Assembly (NCBI GenBank): GCA_000165425.1
Contig: CT868030.1
Span: 124,001 to 188,000 of the forward strand
DNA: 64,000 nucleotides
From: Paramecium tetraurelia
Taxonomy: Eukaryota
Direction: 5' to 3'
The notes under the pieces are model-generated. The model saw only the letters and a list, made by a program, of their open reading frames with translations. It ran no database searches and was not told the DNA's origin. Shown one piece after another: positions 1 to 13,371 of this stretch (its first letter is position 1; every line of letters starts with the position of its first letter). The translations under genes were made by a program, and so were the position numbers.

Positions 1-3000
1 ACTAAACCAATTAATTATACTCAATTCAAAGTGTAGATATAGTACCCCAATAATTTGGTTAAGTCTGTTGAATAAAAAGAAGGTGATACCACCACAATCA
101 ATCAATGGAAATAAAAATTGGCTGAAGAATTACAGGTAGCATACTTACAATTGGACATCACTATAGAAAATAAACCCATTGAATAATAATACGATATTGT
201 TGAAACCTTCGTCTGCTAAGCCTTTTATCAATTAGCCACTGTGAAGGTGAAGATTAACAACAAGAATCACCCTAAAAACTACCTTTCTTAAGAATAAAGG
301 ACATTTGAGATTCTATTTAAATTACTAGACAAATAAGAAAGCATTGAATTTTTGAGTTAAGTCTGGGATCTAATAAATAGATTACCCATCAATATTATCA
401 AAAAAAGGTAAGTAGAAACTTGTAAAGATTGGAAATAATACTTAGATCATCAATTTTTTGATATGTTTTATGTCTTACAAATCATATTAAAATTATTGGA
501 TAATGAATAATGGAGTGAATAATTTAACAATTTTGATGGTGTAGATTTAATTACTTAAAAATTCCTAGGATAACAACTATAATTTTAATAACGTCCTCTT
601 GAAATCAAATGTTGTTTGACTTATTTGGAAATATTGAGTCATCCATAAATTAAGATGAAAGAATCTCAATTAGTTGATTAAATTAAATCAAAAATTATTG
701 AAGTTATCCAACAATTATGTCAATACATCAAGACCAAAAAAAAACTAGAATCTGGATAAAGGAAATCCCCTTAACAAAAGGAAATGAATGAAATTGAATC
801 TCGTCTTCTCAGGAAATGCTTTTTGTAATTGGATGATGATGGCTGCAGATAATACATTAAGAATTCTGAATTAAATTAATAACTTTATGCCTTCTTTGTC
901 GAACATGAAAATTAAGAACTGAAGAGAGAATATAGTTTATAATTACTAAACATGAAGAACACTCCAGAAAGTTAGCTATTAATTAAAATAATATTGGAGG
1001 ATGTTTTAAAGAATGTAATATCAAATAACAAATAAAAGTGTGATCATTTCTTTGAATTCTGTTGTAATTTAATATATCAAGAGAAAAACTTGAATATTCG
1101 AAATCTGAATTTTGAAGAATTATTAGTCTACATAAGGTAAAACTTGGAATAATTACCATGCAATGAAAACACTGTTAAGGATTAGGATAAAATTTTGATT
1201 GGCCTACTTAAATTGTTAAATGCATTAATCGATAGAATTCAGTCACTCTCAACTCACCAAGGGTTATTCGAATAAATACTTAGTTATTTGTTTGAAAATG
1301 AAGGAGAAACCAGATGCAAATGCAAGTCACAATAATCTAGAACAGCCGGGTTCCATTGCTTCTTTACTCTATTGAAATCTACTAAAAATATGCAAAAATT
1401 CTTAGATGTAGTGTCCCCTCTACATTATACTCATACTTGGAGAACAAAGAATTTCAATGATTGGAATATTCAAAGCAAATTTCATGAGAAATCGTCAACT
1501 GGATATGTTGGTCTCTATAATTTAGGATGTATTTGTTATATGAATTCCTTACTTCAATAGTTATATATGGTTCCTGCTTTTCGTGAAAAATTGTTATAAA
1601 TAGAAGACAAAAGCACAGGAGCATTAGAAGAGAATTTATTGCATTAATTAAAGTGCTTATTTTTGGCTCTTAAGCATTCATAGAAATAATATCACAATCC
1701 TAAGAAATTATGTCATGCCTTCAAAGATTTGGATGGACATCCAACAAATATATTTGAATAAATGGATGTTGATGAATTTTGCAATTTGTTGATGGATAGA
1801 ATAGAGTTAAGCATCAAATCAACTTCTGATGAAGATTTAGTTAAAAGAAATTTTGGAGGAGTGATATCTAATGAAATTATAGGAAAGACATGTCCACATT
1901 ACTCAGAAAGAGAGGAACCCTTCTTTGCTATTTCATTACCAGTGGCTAATAAGAAGAATCTAGAAGAATGTCTATAGACTTTGGTTCATGGGGATTTACT
2001 TGAAGGAGAAAATGCTTATAGTTGTGAATAGTGCAACAAAAAGGTTAGTGCTTTAAAGAGAACTTGTATTAAAAAGTTACCTGATCATCTGATTTTAGTT
2101 TTGAAAAGATTCAATTTCGATTTTGACTTGATGGCAAAGGCTAAGATAAATGAAAGAATAGAATTTCCATTTGAATTAGATCTTTTGCCTTATTCATAAT
2201 AAGGACTCAGACAGTAGGAGAATAGAGTTAATCCTGAGAATGGATAGGATAATCCATCAGAATATTACCAATATAGATTAACTGGAGTTGTTATTCACAT
2301 AGGTTCAGCTGATTGCGGACATTATTACTCATTCATTTAAGATAGAGTTGATTTCAACAAATGGTATGAATTTAATGATATAAATGTTTCACCTGCAGAT
2401 ATCAAGGATGTCAAGAATGATGGTTTCGGAGGAGTGGATAGAATGCTGAAAACCAAATATCCAGGTTAGTTTAAGGATAAGTCAAAAAGTGCCTATATGT
2501 TATTTTATGAGAGGGTTAAACCATTAAATAATAAAGAGGAATTGATGGACATCGAATTAGATTAGAAGACATCCCAATTTTTAGATGAAATAAGAGATGA
2601 AAATCGAAAGTTCTAGATTTAGAGATTTATTTTCAGTCCTGAATATTTCATCTTTATTCAGAATTTAATAAAATTTGAATTGCAATAAAACCAAGTTTCA
2701 GAACAGATTGTTAAAACCTTAGTTTTCTTTTATCTCACTTGTGCAGTAAGAGAAAACGACAAAACCTTCATTTCCAATAATATTTAGGATATTTAAGAGT
2801 TATTAAGAAGAGCTCCTAGTACATGTGAATGGCTATTGAAATGTTTTAATTAATACCAATACATAAGAGAATTCTAGTTTGATTGTTCAAAGAAAATGGT
2901 GAGAAAGTATGTCATTTCATTGATAGTGACAGCAATAGAGACTGTGTAAAAATTGGAAGGGTACAACGTCTTATAAGAATATACAGATGATAAACCTAAA

Positions 3001-4505
3001 TCTTTGGTTGCCTCTTTAATTAATTCTTGGATTAGGATGATTCCAGATCTAAAGAAGAGTCTCAAAAATTCAATAGAATATTATGATCTATTTTATAGAT
3101 TCGCCAAATTAAGTTAGTAGAATTCCTAGTATTTGATTTCCAAGAAAATAGTGGGGAAATTCTTGGATCTGTTTATGGATGCATTATAAATCAATGTAAG
3201 CAAAATACAAATACCAAATAAAGAAATTGCTAGGAAATTGGATGATCTAAAAGTAATTTAATTTACAGAAGATCAAAACAATTTCTTAGGATAACAAAAC
3301 ATTTAAAATGTAGATGTGGCCTCTAATTATTATGATGAACTTCTTGAAAAGAAATTCGAAAAGTCTATGAATTCTGGTCCATCTACAAGTAGAGTTTATA
3401 TGTGGAGACTAATTGCCTTCTTACTCAAAACTGAAGGTAAGAACGCTTTGAGCACTGAAGAATAAAATCTCTTGTAATTTGACAATTCTACCTTAATGGC
3501 CATTTTGGAGGAAGGCGATTGTAAATTAGCAATTAGGATGATATCTGACATTCTTTCAGTTCTATCCTAAGATAATTAAAAATAAACTGAAATGATTATT
3601 ACAGCGATTATTAAATAAATTATGGATAAAGAATACAAAGAATACAGAAAATATGTGGTTGTTTTGAAGAGACTATTCATGTTGAAGGATTCTCAACAAT
3701 AAATGAGAGTAAATATATAATAATATTATTTAATTAGATTCACTAAGGAATGAGTAGATTATTGGAAGTAATGTAAAAGCAATCTCAATATTTCTTTGAA
3801 ACAGATGTGTGTTAATAATATATTCTCAGAGTATCTATATATATCTATTAATATATTAGATGGTCTTTAGGAACCATGCTGTCTATCAATGGATGGTTAA
3901 GAATCATAGGACATGGCAATGGATTATTGAGACAAACAATACTCAATCAAATCCAAATGAGAAACTTATATCAAATAACTCTAATTCATAAAAATGTAAT
4001 CACAGATTGCATAACATATACCTGCCAATTACAACCTAAGCTTATGCTAAATTGTTGAGTTGGAAGAAATAACAATTCTTGAATCTGGTCAAGGAACCAT
4101 TCAAACAAAACGAAGATTTTGATACTGATGATGATCTGACAGAAAAGGTTGTCAAAGTAGATGATAAAATAGATTACTAGTAAAACTATTATTAATATCT
4201 TTTAGTGATTAAAATTAATGGCTTACTGCAACTGTCGGTAGAGTTATGGGTGACTATGTACATTTGACCTTCAGTGGCAAAATGACTCCTTAAAATATCG
4301 ACATAGAATTAGACAATGAAAGACTCGCCCCCTTTAATACATTGTCATCCAACAATAAAATTCCAGGTATTATATATCATTGATTTCTATAGGATACACG
4401 AATAATAATTAAGAAATGGCATTTGAACACTAATCAGATCCTGATAATGATACTGAAGAGGGTAACAATAATTCTATTAATTAAACTGATTCAGATGATG
4501 AGTGA
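1..4505 (+). CDS. Large ubiquitin-specific protease (USP9X/24/34-like, peptidase C19), 5' end outside window
   Basis: Cys box GYVGLYNLGCICYMNSLLQQL (~1501-1563), QMDVDEF, LPDHLILVLKRFNFD, His box GVVIHIGSADCGHYYSFI and WYEFND; open in ciliate code; tiny introns at 3709-3737, 3831-3859, 4180-4205, 4367-4392; TGA at 4503-4505. Confidence 0.93.
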
Positions 4506-4572
4506 AATTAAAACATTAAAGTATTACAATAAGCAGTTAATATAATTAATAATATATATATAAATTATTAAG

Positions 4573-5370
4573 ATGTCCAAATCCTGGCAAGTTCATCAAA
4601 GTTTATAAGAAAGTTTATGTTCACAATTGAACAAAGATGAAATACTTGAAGAGTTTTTATAAGTTTGTAATCACATAGCAAATGAAGATTAAAATAGTAT
4701 CAAAAGTTTGAATTCAAAATTATAAACTATTAAAAAACACTATGCCTAACAAAAATGCAGGATTGATCATCAATTTAAATACATCCAGACATTATTGGAA
4801 TAAAAAAGAAAAGAATTAATCACTTAATTAAATAATCATGAAATGGAATTAGATAAAACATTCAAAAACCTAAGAGATGAAGTCACCTAAATCTAGTCAG
4901 TGGTCTTCAATATCCAGAATGACATATTGAGTAATAGATAAGAAATTTTATCAGAAGTAGATGAAGAAACTTTTTAGAATATCCTCACCCAGTTTGATCA
5001 ATAAATATAAATGGCCTAAAACTATAAGAAAGAACTCTTGTCAACCAAAATAACATTAATTATAATAGAAGAGTGGACAGCTAGTCATCAAGATGTGATT
5101 AAGCACCTCCTTAATTAATCAATTACAATAAAGGATTACTAAAAATAAATCGAACCCCATCATTCAGAAATGAGTGCCTCTACTTGTAGTGATAAGATGT
5201 ATTCATCAAACAGATCAAGTTAAGAGCTTCCAATTAAGCAAACTCCATTAATAATCAGTTTTGATCAAAAGTACTATCTGCAATCAAAGTAGACTGACTT
5301 AACAAAATCTGAATCAGATATTCATGATAGTTGTGAATCAGATTTTTTAGAGGAATGGGCAAAACAATGA
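4573..5370 (+). CDS. Hypothetical coiled-coil protein (265 aa)
   Basis: ATG to TGA 798 nt open in ciliate code; Q/E/K/L-rich heptad-like sequence; no recognised domain. Confidence 0.7.
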
Positions 5371-5974
5371 TTTGCTTACTAAAATATCTAATTTTGTTTG
5401 TATTATATAAATCAATTACTAAAAATAATTTTAATTTCTTATTATATATTTAATAAAATGGAATCTTCTCTTCCTAACCTTTCGATATTCAAGGATCTAT
5501 ATTGATTTTAAATCTGAACTTTTATACTTTCTTAATTGTTTTCATTCTATCCATATTCCCTACCATTATGGAACTTATCTTAAATAATATTCTTTAGAAT
5601 TATAATATCATTTCTTGAACTGAAGTGGAGTGGAGAGGAAAAGGTAAAAATGATATACATTCTGGCTATGAATAAATGACATTATATATTATATTGATTT
5701 AATTCACAAGAATAAATTAATGTCTTCTTATCCTTTCCAAATATTTATTTAAAATTCTCTTAAATTGGCATAATCAGTTTCTGTATTCAGAAATATACAA
5801 ATCTATTCATCCATTTTTATAATTGTACTTAAGAACTTAAGTTACATTCAATCGTTGCTGATCTCAGAGAACTTAGTTTTTGGCTAATGAATTGATAAGT
5901 CTTGATGTTATTACAACTAAATTCTGGTAATTTAATATGATTTTAATAAATATTTAAATAAAATAAAACAAGGC

Positions 5975-6189
5975 ATGCCAAATCACTTATTCAGAACACA
6001 CCCAAGAACTTATGGAAAAGATTCCAGAGGTAATTCGCATCTTAAATTCTTAGAGTGCAGAGTATGTGCTGCTAGATAAGGTTTGATCAGAAAATATGGT
6101 ATGAATGTCTGCAGAAGATGTTTTAGAGAAAATTATGAATTGATTGGTTTCCATAAGGTAAATATTTAACCATAATTCAGTACAATTGA
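5975..6189 (+). CDS. RPS29: 40S ribosomal protein S29 (uS14)
   Basis: After removing two tiny introns: MPNHLFRTHPRTYGKDSRECRVCAARQGLIRKYGMNVCRRCFRENYELIGFHKYN, the CxxC..CxxC uS14 zinc motif. Confidence 0.96.
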
Positions 6190-6273
6190 TCAGCTTTTTG
6201 AAATATTAATAAAAAATATGCACATTTATATACTATTCCAATATTTTCTTTAATAATATTAAATAAACAATTC

Positions 6274-6913
6274 ATGTCTTTGATTCTTTAAAATCTTTAC
6301 TTAGGAGGAGTGAATATCGCCAAGGATATTAAGTTTATTAAAGAAAAAAACATAAAATACATCCTTATTTGTGCTAAAGGAATACAATAATATTATCCTA
6401 ATAAAGTCTAATATAAGCAACTCAACATTTCAGATAATCCTTGTACTTTGATAATCACATATTTGCCAGAATCCTTAGAGTTCATAAATTAAAACATAAG
6501 TACATTGTAAAAGTAACTTTATAGAAAATGCTGCCATTTTAGTGCATTGTTTAGGAGGTAAATCTAGATCAGTCTCTGTCGTAATCGCTTATGTTATGTT
6601 TTCACTGCACGTCTCATATGAATAAGCATTTCAACATGTCAAATAACATCATTTCTAGGCCTAACCAAACGTTGGGTTTATTAAGCAATTAAATATATTT
6701 TAAACAGTCTTAGAAATTTATGGAAAGCCAAAACAGAATGATTTCAAGGTCTTAAATTAGATTATGTATGATAATAATATAGAGAGTCAAGTTAAAAACA
6801 AGCTTAATTAAATACAGTTTAAAAATAATTATGAAATTGAATAAAATGATGAGGAGAATGATGCTCTAAAAGAAGATCTAAATGTTTAATTTTTTTAAGA
6901 AAAATAAGAATGA
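6274..6913 (+). CDS. Dual-specificity protein phosphatase (active-site intact)
   Basis: NLYLGG start, acid-loop ISD, P-loop VHCLGGKSRS (6542-6571), IAYVM, AQPNVGFIKQL; one 25-nt intron ~6500-6524. Confidence 0.9.
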
Positions 6914-7049
6914 ATAAGGATTTTGTAATTTCAATTTTTTTATCCAAAATTTATACTAAATATTTAATTCTTTAATAAATTATGATTAAAAGCAATTAGG
7001 TCATCAATTATTCAACCTTATATCTTGAAATGTTATATTAACATTTATT

Positions 7050-8460
7050 AAATGCTTAAAGAATTTGCTGGTAACTTGTTGATTAATATAAATATATTTA
7101 AAAAATAAGTATTTTCTAAAATCTCCTTGCTACAGGTTGAAGAGTTTGGTTGTAAAGATGCAAAAATCAAAAATAATAATATCACTTTGTGGCAGAGCTC
7201 TATTACATGAGAGCCTCGATTAAACAGTGTCATACCAGTACCTATGGTAGTTTGTCCAGACACTTTCGGATACTCATTAGATTAATTTATACAACTTACA
7301 AAGAAAAGAATTATCCATTAATTTAAATTTTTGAGTATTGGAAGAGTTCCTTTGAAATTAAATAATTTTAAGGAAAATCTTGAAACAATTGATAAAGAAA
7401 ATTTATAGATAATATTTTTTTTCTAAATTCAAGACTCATGAAATAATGATTACTTATATTTTTGTAGCAAATATTGATGCTTCAGAATTATTGACTGGAC
7501 AAAATCGAATGACTTGATCGTTATAGATGTTGAGATTAAGAGCTTTTTAGTCCCAATTACAAAATGTAAATCATTGTTAAGATCAATAGTAAATTCAGTT
7601 TCTTTTTTACTTTCAGTTTTGGCTTAAAGAATCTGATCGGCTTTAGTGGGTCTAGAAGTTTGATTAAAATGTAATGATTCGTTTTGTATTGAAAAATGTA
7701 AGTCTAAGAATCAAATGTAAAATGGTTGTAAAAAAGTAAAGATTAAAATTACTTTTAGCTAATTTAAGAGGACTGTAAAAAAAATAAATACCAATTGTAT
7801 CGTCAAGTAGTAAAACGATAAATCGAACGTCCAGATGAGTCTATTTTATTTTTTTTCAAATTTGGATTGGCAAAGACATAGGAGGTTTTCAAAAGAAAAC
7901 ATCTCATAATTTTTAAGCCTCTAAATTCAGAGTACCTTGTCCTATTTTAGTAATGGAGAAGGAAAACCATTCATTTTGATTAATTTAAGAGAGGAGCTCA
8001 AAGGTAGTTAGTGGGGGTAAAAAAATTTTTAATAAAGAGGTTAGCTTATATGATTAAATTATGGGTATGTTATAAGTTTGTTAGGACAGAGAATTGAAGA
8101 ATAGAAAATTCTGGTACTCCAAATTTATTAATTCATATAATTTAGGTTGTATCCAGTTGTGGTACCAATTCCTAAAATAACATACAAAATTTGGAATGGT
8201 AGGGGAAGTGATGCTTATATTGGTTCAACACAGCTAATTGCTGTAGAAAGTCCAAATGGAAGTTGATATTAATATCATAAAATTTTAACTTATTTATATA
8301 ATGTAAAAAGGTGGCAAAATAACTAGACAGTATATTTGCTGATTCACCAAAATGATGAATTGAAATCAATTTAGAGAGTTGTATTTGATTGTAGAAAGTA
8401 TTTGAGATGTTAAAAAATGGAAACCCAAAATTGTCATTAATTTATTATTATTAATAATTA
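7050..8460 (+). pseudogene. Probable decayed WD40-repeat gene
   Basis: WD-like fragments in different frames (NITLWQ ~7178, VNSVSF ~7589, MIKLWV ~8050, I*DVKK ~8400); repeated TGA stops in the + frames I read; boundaries approximate. Confidence 0.45.
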
Positions 8461-8645
8461 AAATTCAATTAATCAATTCAGTTTTTTTGATATCTATAAG
8501 GAATAATTATTTAAAAAAGTCTTTAATATTTTCACTAAGTAGGAAAACGATAATTAATCTCGTTATCTGATTTGAAAGCAAAATAAATTCATTTGGAAAT
8601 TATTTAAAAAATCTTTTTTTAACACATATAAATTACGAGATTGTA

Positions 8646-9045
8646 ATGAATTTCGATGATGCTTCTTTATCTTCACTTCATACTTATAGAGTAAAGACTC
8701 GATAACAACTCAAGGGCATATAACATTCCATCTAAAAGTCCAAAAGAAAGTACTGCCACATTTCTCCTGAAAGAAAGAATTAATTAATTTCCTTAGTCCT
8801 CGATAAAAAGCTGAGAATCAAAGATGTATATATATATAGTAACCCATCCATAGGCTGCTATAATTTGTAATTTAAATTACTCGACTGCAAAAACTATACT
8901 CTATACTTTGAGACATCGACCACCTAAATCGGCTGGATTCAAATAATTATCGGATAACAGCAAAGTCAAATTAACAGTGAGAACTCTAATAAAGGGGAAG
9001 CTCATGCATGAATATGATTATTATACATATTTGAATTAAAGCTGA
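8646..9045 (+). CDS. Small homeodomain-like/HTH protein (ciliate-expanded family)
   Basis: YCHISPERKNQLISLVLDKKLRIKD-[28-nt intron]-AAIICNLNYSTAKTIL, a helix-turn-helix-type pattern. Confidence 0.75.
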
Positions 9046-9553
9046 GGAACTTTCATATATATTCTCATAATATAAAAAGCTCGGAAATAATTATATTTCA
9101 TCTCCTGGGAATTCTTCAAAGACCAGGATAATAGTCAAAAATTTTGGCTTATAGATCCATTTCTTGATTAAAAACTGAATATTAAACAAGCTTGTAATTT
9201 CCAATTATAACAAAAACTGTTGTCTGATTTCTAGATAATTTCTTTTCTTTTTCCTTTTTGTCAGTCTCATTCATTTCTAAATAAATTGGTATTAAAAATA
9301 ACCTCATAAAGATTTAATTATAATAAGTCGGTTTCAATGGACAAAATTATCCTACAACTTATGGTAATAATTAAAATCAACATTGCAGGAGGGAAATCGA
9401 TAGAATGTAATATTTATAACAATATAAATGCTATAGTCTTATTATTCATAGTTTTAAGTCTATTTATTAGTTAATATTATTTTAACAATCAGAATATTCA
9501 AAAATTATTTAAAATTCATTGATAATTAGATTATAAAATATAAAATATAATTA

Positions 9554-10794
9554 ATGAGTGCATAACCACAGCAATAAATAATATTTGGTGCTTGCAAAGT
9601 TAAGGATGGATTGTACATAGGTGATGAATATGCTGCTAAAGTAATATATTTTAAATTTAATAATGTAGGACATAGAATTTATTGTGGCAAACAAAATTGG
9701 CTACATTGTTAATTGTTCCTCTGACTCTATTGAAAATCTCTTAGAAAACATCGGAATTATGTATTTCTCATTTTAATGGCCAGAGGATTAACCAGAAGTA
9801 AAAGTTTTTATTTTAATCAAGATAGTTGTATCAAAAGACTTTGTAAATAAAGTTCATGAGTTTATAGAGGAAAGCGTTACTTTGGGTTAGAGTTGTTTGA
9901 TAACTTCCTTGCATGGATAGAGCAGAGCTTGCTCCTTGGTTACAATTTATTTAATGAATAAGTATGATTGTTAATTATTAACTTAAGATTCAAATGGTCA
10001 CTTTATAAAACACTAGAATATTTGAACTCTCGGAGAAGTGATTTAGAAATCAAAACATCCTTTTTCACTGTTCTCAACCAAATTGAGAAATTGCTTAATC
10101 CAGAAACTCTCTCTAAAAAATGGGAAATGTTAAATTCATAATTTATTAATTTTTAGACAACCCAACACAACTCCAGAAGAAATCATCATCACCAATACAT
10201 TTTTCAATGCTCAATCATAATAGATAGATTAAATTTATATTTAACCAACAGAGTTCTAAAAAATGAACAATAAGTCCTATATTTCCATTATAGGTTGGAC
10301 AGAATAACATGTTCAATAAAAACACAATCCTCTTAATTAATTTAAATCAATTCTCAAAGTATTAGAATCTCTCTATTTAGGGATCCAATGCTGTTTTTAC
10401 AAAGGATGGAGGAAATAGAAAACTTGCACTTAAATCATTTTCTGTAAATAAAGAAAACATCCCTGAAAGTGTACCTCAAAGGAAAAACACTCCTTCATAG
10501 AGGTCTACACAAAGAAGCACCAGCAATCCTAAATAATTACAGTAACCCTTAATTGCCTCTCAGTTCATTAATTAATCTCAACTTCCCCCTCAAAATCTAT
10601 AGAATCAAATTACCAATCAAACTTAGAAGATTCCCCCCAAAAATATACAAGCACTCCCTCCTTCAGGATAGAATTCAAAAAAGTCCTTAATTATCTAAAA
10701 AGAAACTAGTTTACATAAAAAAAGCAGCGGCAATCAAGTGGTTTATCCAGTAAAAATCTTAAGACCGAAAATGCCTAATTTTGATAATATTTGA
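9554..10794 (+). CDS. Dual-specificity phosphatase-like pseudophosphatase
   Basis: KVKDGLYIGD, IVNC, FKWSLYKTLEYLNSRR; P-loop reads CLITSLHGQSRAC (catalytic Cys replaced by Ser); several tiny introns; low-complexity C-terminus. Confidence 0.82.
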
Positions 10795-11095
10795 TACAAT
10801 TTTAGTTTATTTAGTTAATGTTACTTCTATGTAAAACTAATTATCACTTTAAACTAAACATAATTAAAATTTTTTATCTAAAAAAATGTACCATAAAAAT
10901 AATCATATAAAAAATATTTTTAAAATATTTGTTAAATAAATTAAATCTTGCTTAGGTTCAAATAGCTTTCCTTAAGATTTAATTCATTTCGAATATTAGG
11001 ATTATGAGGGAAAAATATATATTGTATTAATTTATTAATTAAAAGCCAATTATTTCTTATTTATATACAATATTTTCTTCATAATTTAAGTCGAA

Positions 11096-12269
11096 ATGTC
11101 GTCTTTAAAAAGTTTTGTACTTTTTTCCTCATTGCTACTCCTTGTTTTTGGGTAGACCTGCATAGACCATAGCGGAAATGCTATAGATTGGTGGTTTATT
11201 CTCAAGATGCCAACAGATAAAACTTTTAGTGTTAGAGGTAAGATAATTTTAATATTCAAGGAATGGACTATTTGTATTGCGATGCCAACAATAATTGTGG
11301 TACTTTTGATTGGCAAACTGATCAATTGGACGATTTGACATCTCCATTATAAAGAACTATAGCTTAAATAGATTTCCATGATGATAATGTAATGAGCGTC
11401 CTTTGGAGCGATTAACCTTGGAACAAGAATACTATCTCCGACAGAGCCCATTCAAAGGGTATTTTGAGCGCCAACATCAATGGAGACGCATTTCTTATCT
11501 CTCACTCCACACCCACTTTCCCAATGCTTGATGACGCATACGAGTAAAAAATTCAATTCAAAATATATTAGTCAAATAGTATTGGGAATGCCTTCCTCTT
11601 CCTAAGTGTACGGTCAACACTATATGTGCTTGTCTATTACAACTACAGAAGCTAACAGATTGGCGACCGAATACATCATTGCTGAAACACTTACCAATAG
11701 AGCTAACAGTCCTGCTGCCTTTGCAACAGCTTTCCCTCAACTATATTAACTTAAAACTAACTCAAGAACCAAAACCTATAAAACAGAATCTGGAACTGTT
11801 TTATCAGTAATTTATTATAATATTCCTCAGGCAGCCCTATAAGATTCAATCTAAATATCTTCTAAGGGAGGATTCAAACTAACAGCCTATTCCAAAAATG
11901 AAAACCTAGTCGAAGACTTCTATGCTGATGTTGTCGCCCCTGCTCTAGGATTAGACTTGATCATGGAAACCTGGGGTAATGGAACTGGTGGTCTCTAAGA
12001 TCCTGTATGCGATTAAGTCCCTAAATCCTATTCCAATTTAGTCAGATAACATGGAGTATACAATCTTTTAATATCATCAGGCCTTTTCCTTTTCATACAC
12101 CAAGGATCATTCCAAATACGGCTTAACTGCTACTTCAAACACTGTATGCTTTTGTGATTTGAATAGATAAACCACCTAATAAAAGAGAGGAGGTGTGGTT
12201 TATTGTCTTTAACACAATAGTTTATGGAGCCTCATTAACTAATCATTTATAAGTAGGCAATCATGCTGA
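11096..12269 (+). CDS. Deoxyribonuclease II (secreted/lysosomal)
   Basis: Signal peptide MSSLKSFVLFSSLLLLVFG, CIDHSGNAIDWWFILKMP, both PLD-type motifs AHSKGIL and KDHSKYG, FLISHSTPTFP, QQKRGGVVYC; four tiny introns. Confidence 0.92.
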
Positions 12270-12339
12270 TTTAATTATAAAAATAAAAAAAATTTTTTAT
12301 TAAAACAAACCATATTAATTTATTTTAATATTTTATAAA

Positions 12340-12753
12340 ATGCTCTGCTGTTCAAATGCAAAAAAATAAAAAACATCTCAATCCCAAAATGCAATTAAAT
12401 TGTAAACTCATCAAATCTAATAAGTAATTGTGAATATTATCCTAGGAAGAATCTCTTAACATAAATGATGAAGCCTGCACATTTCATACTACAATATAAA
12501 TTCAGCAATTCAACACTATTTAGACCTACAAAATTACTTTGGATCACTAAACTATAAGGTATTGTTGTAATTAATTGAACATAGTAGGTCAAATAGCCGT
12601 ACAAACAATGAACACCTTGCCTAAACTGTCATTGTTGAATAAATTAGAAAAACCCCATTTTTTACTTACAAGAAAGGTGGAACCGACATTTCAACCAAAT
12701 TCTTATCAACTAAGTAAGGGTATACTCTCCTAGTAACAGCTCTTTCAAAATGA
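12340..12753 (+). CDS. Small hypothetical protein with N-terminal MLCC
   Basis: Open frame after removal of two canonical tiny introns; ends LLVTALSK-TGA; N-terminal Cys pair suggests palmitoylation (inference). Confidence 0.6.
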
Positions 12754-13371
12754 TCTCTTACCTAAATTTTCCTATATTTGTGACTTTCATTAATGCGTAA
12801 TATAACCTATAAAGTCTTAATAAATAATATTATCAGTTTAGTCTTAATAAAATATATTATTATCTTTGTATTATGACGTTGTCGACTCATAATTATTCTA
12901 GCAAGGTTTAAATTCCTGATTTAAATTTTATACTTTATAACTAACTTAGGCAGAAAATTAGATATCTTTATTTCACAATTTGATGAAAAAATCAAATTAC
13001 ATTTAATAAATGAGATATAATTAAATTGAAAAGTAGAATAATTAAAAACAATATTTTTAAGTAGAACTTAATTACTAAAATAATAGCAATAAATTTAGAA
13101 CTAACCAATAACTGATTCAAAGATAATAAAACATAAATTCAGGGTTAAGATCAAATTGAAATAAGTCATATTATGATTTCACCAACTGCTATTTTAAATA
13201 TATTTTCTTATCTTTTTCTTTAACAATACTCGATAAATTTTCATTTTTCTATTATATTTCTGAAATATTTGCATCAAAACCCTTAAATGAAGAGTATAAT
13301 ATCTTAAATGATAAATAAATACAGATTTCATAAAAACAACCCGCTTTACAAAAAAATAAATATTATAAAAA

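Noticed and set aside
5400..5950. Possible small minus-strand ORF (MYIIFTFSSPLHF...KIIFSN*) or snoRNA upstream of RPS29
   Set aside because: No recognisable motif, open stretches are common with a single stop codon in AT-rich DNA, and no properly placed C/D boxes.
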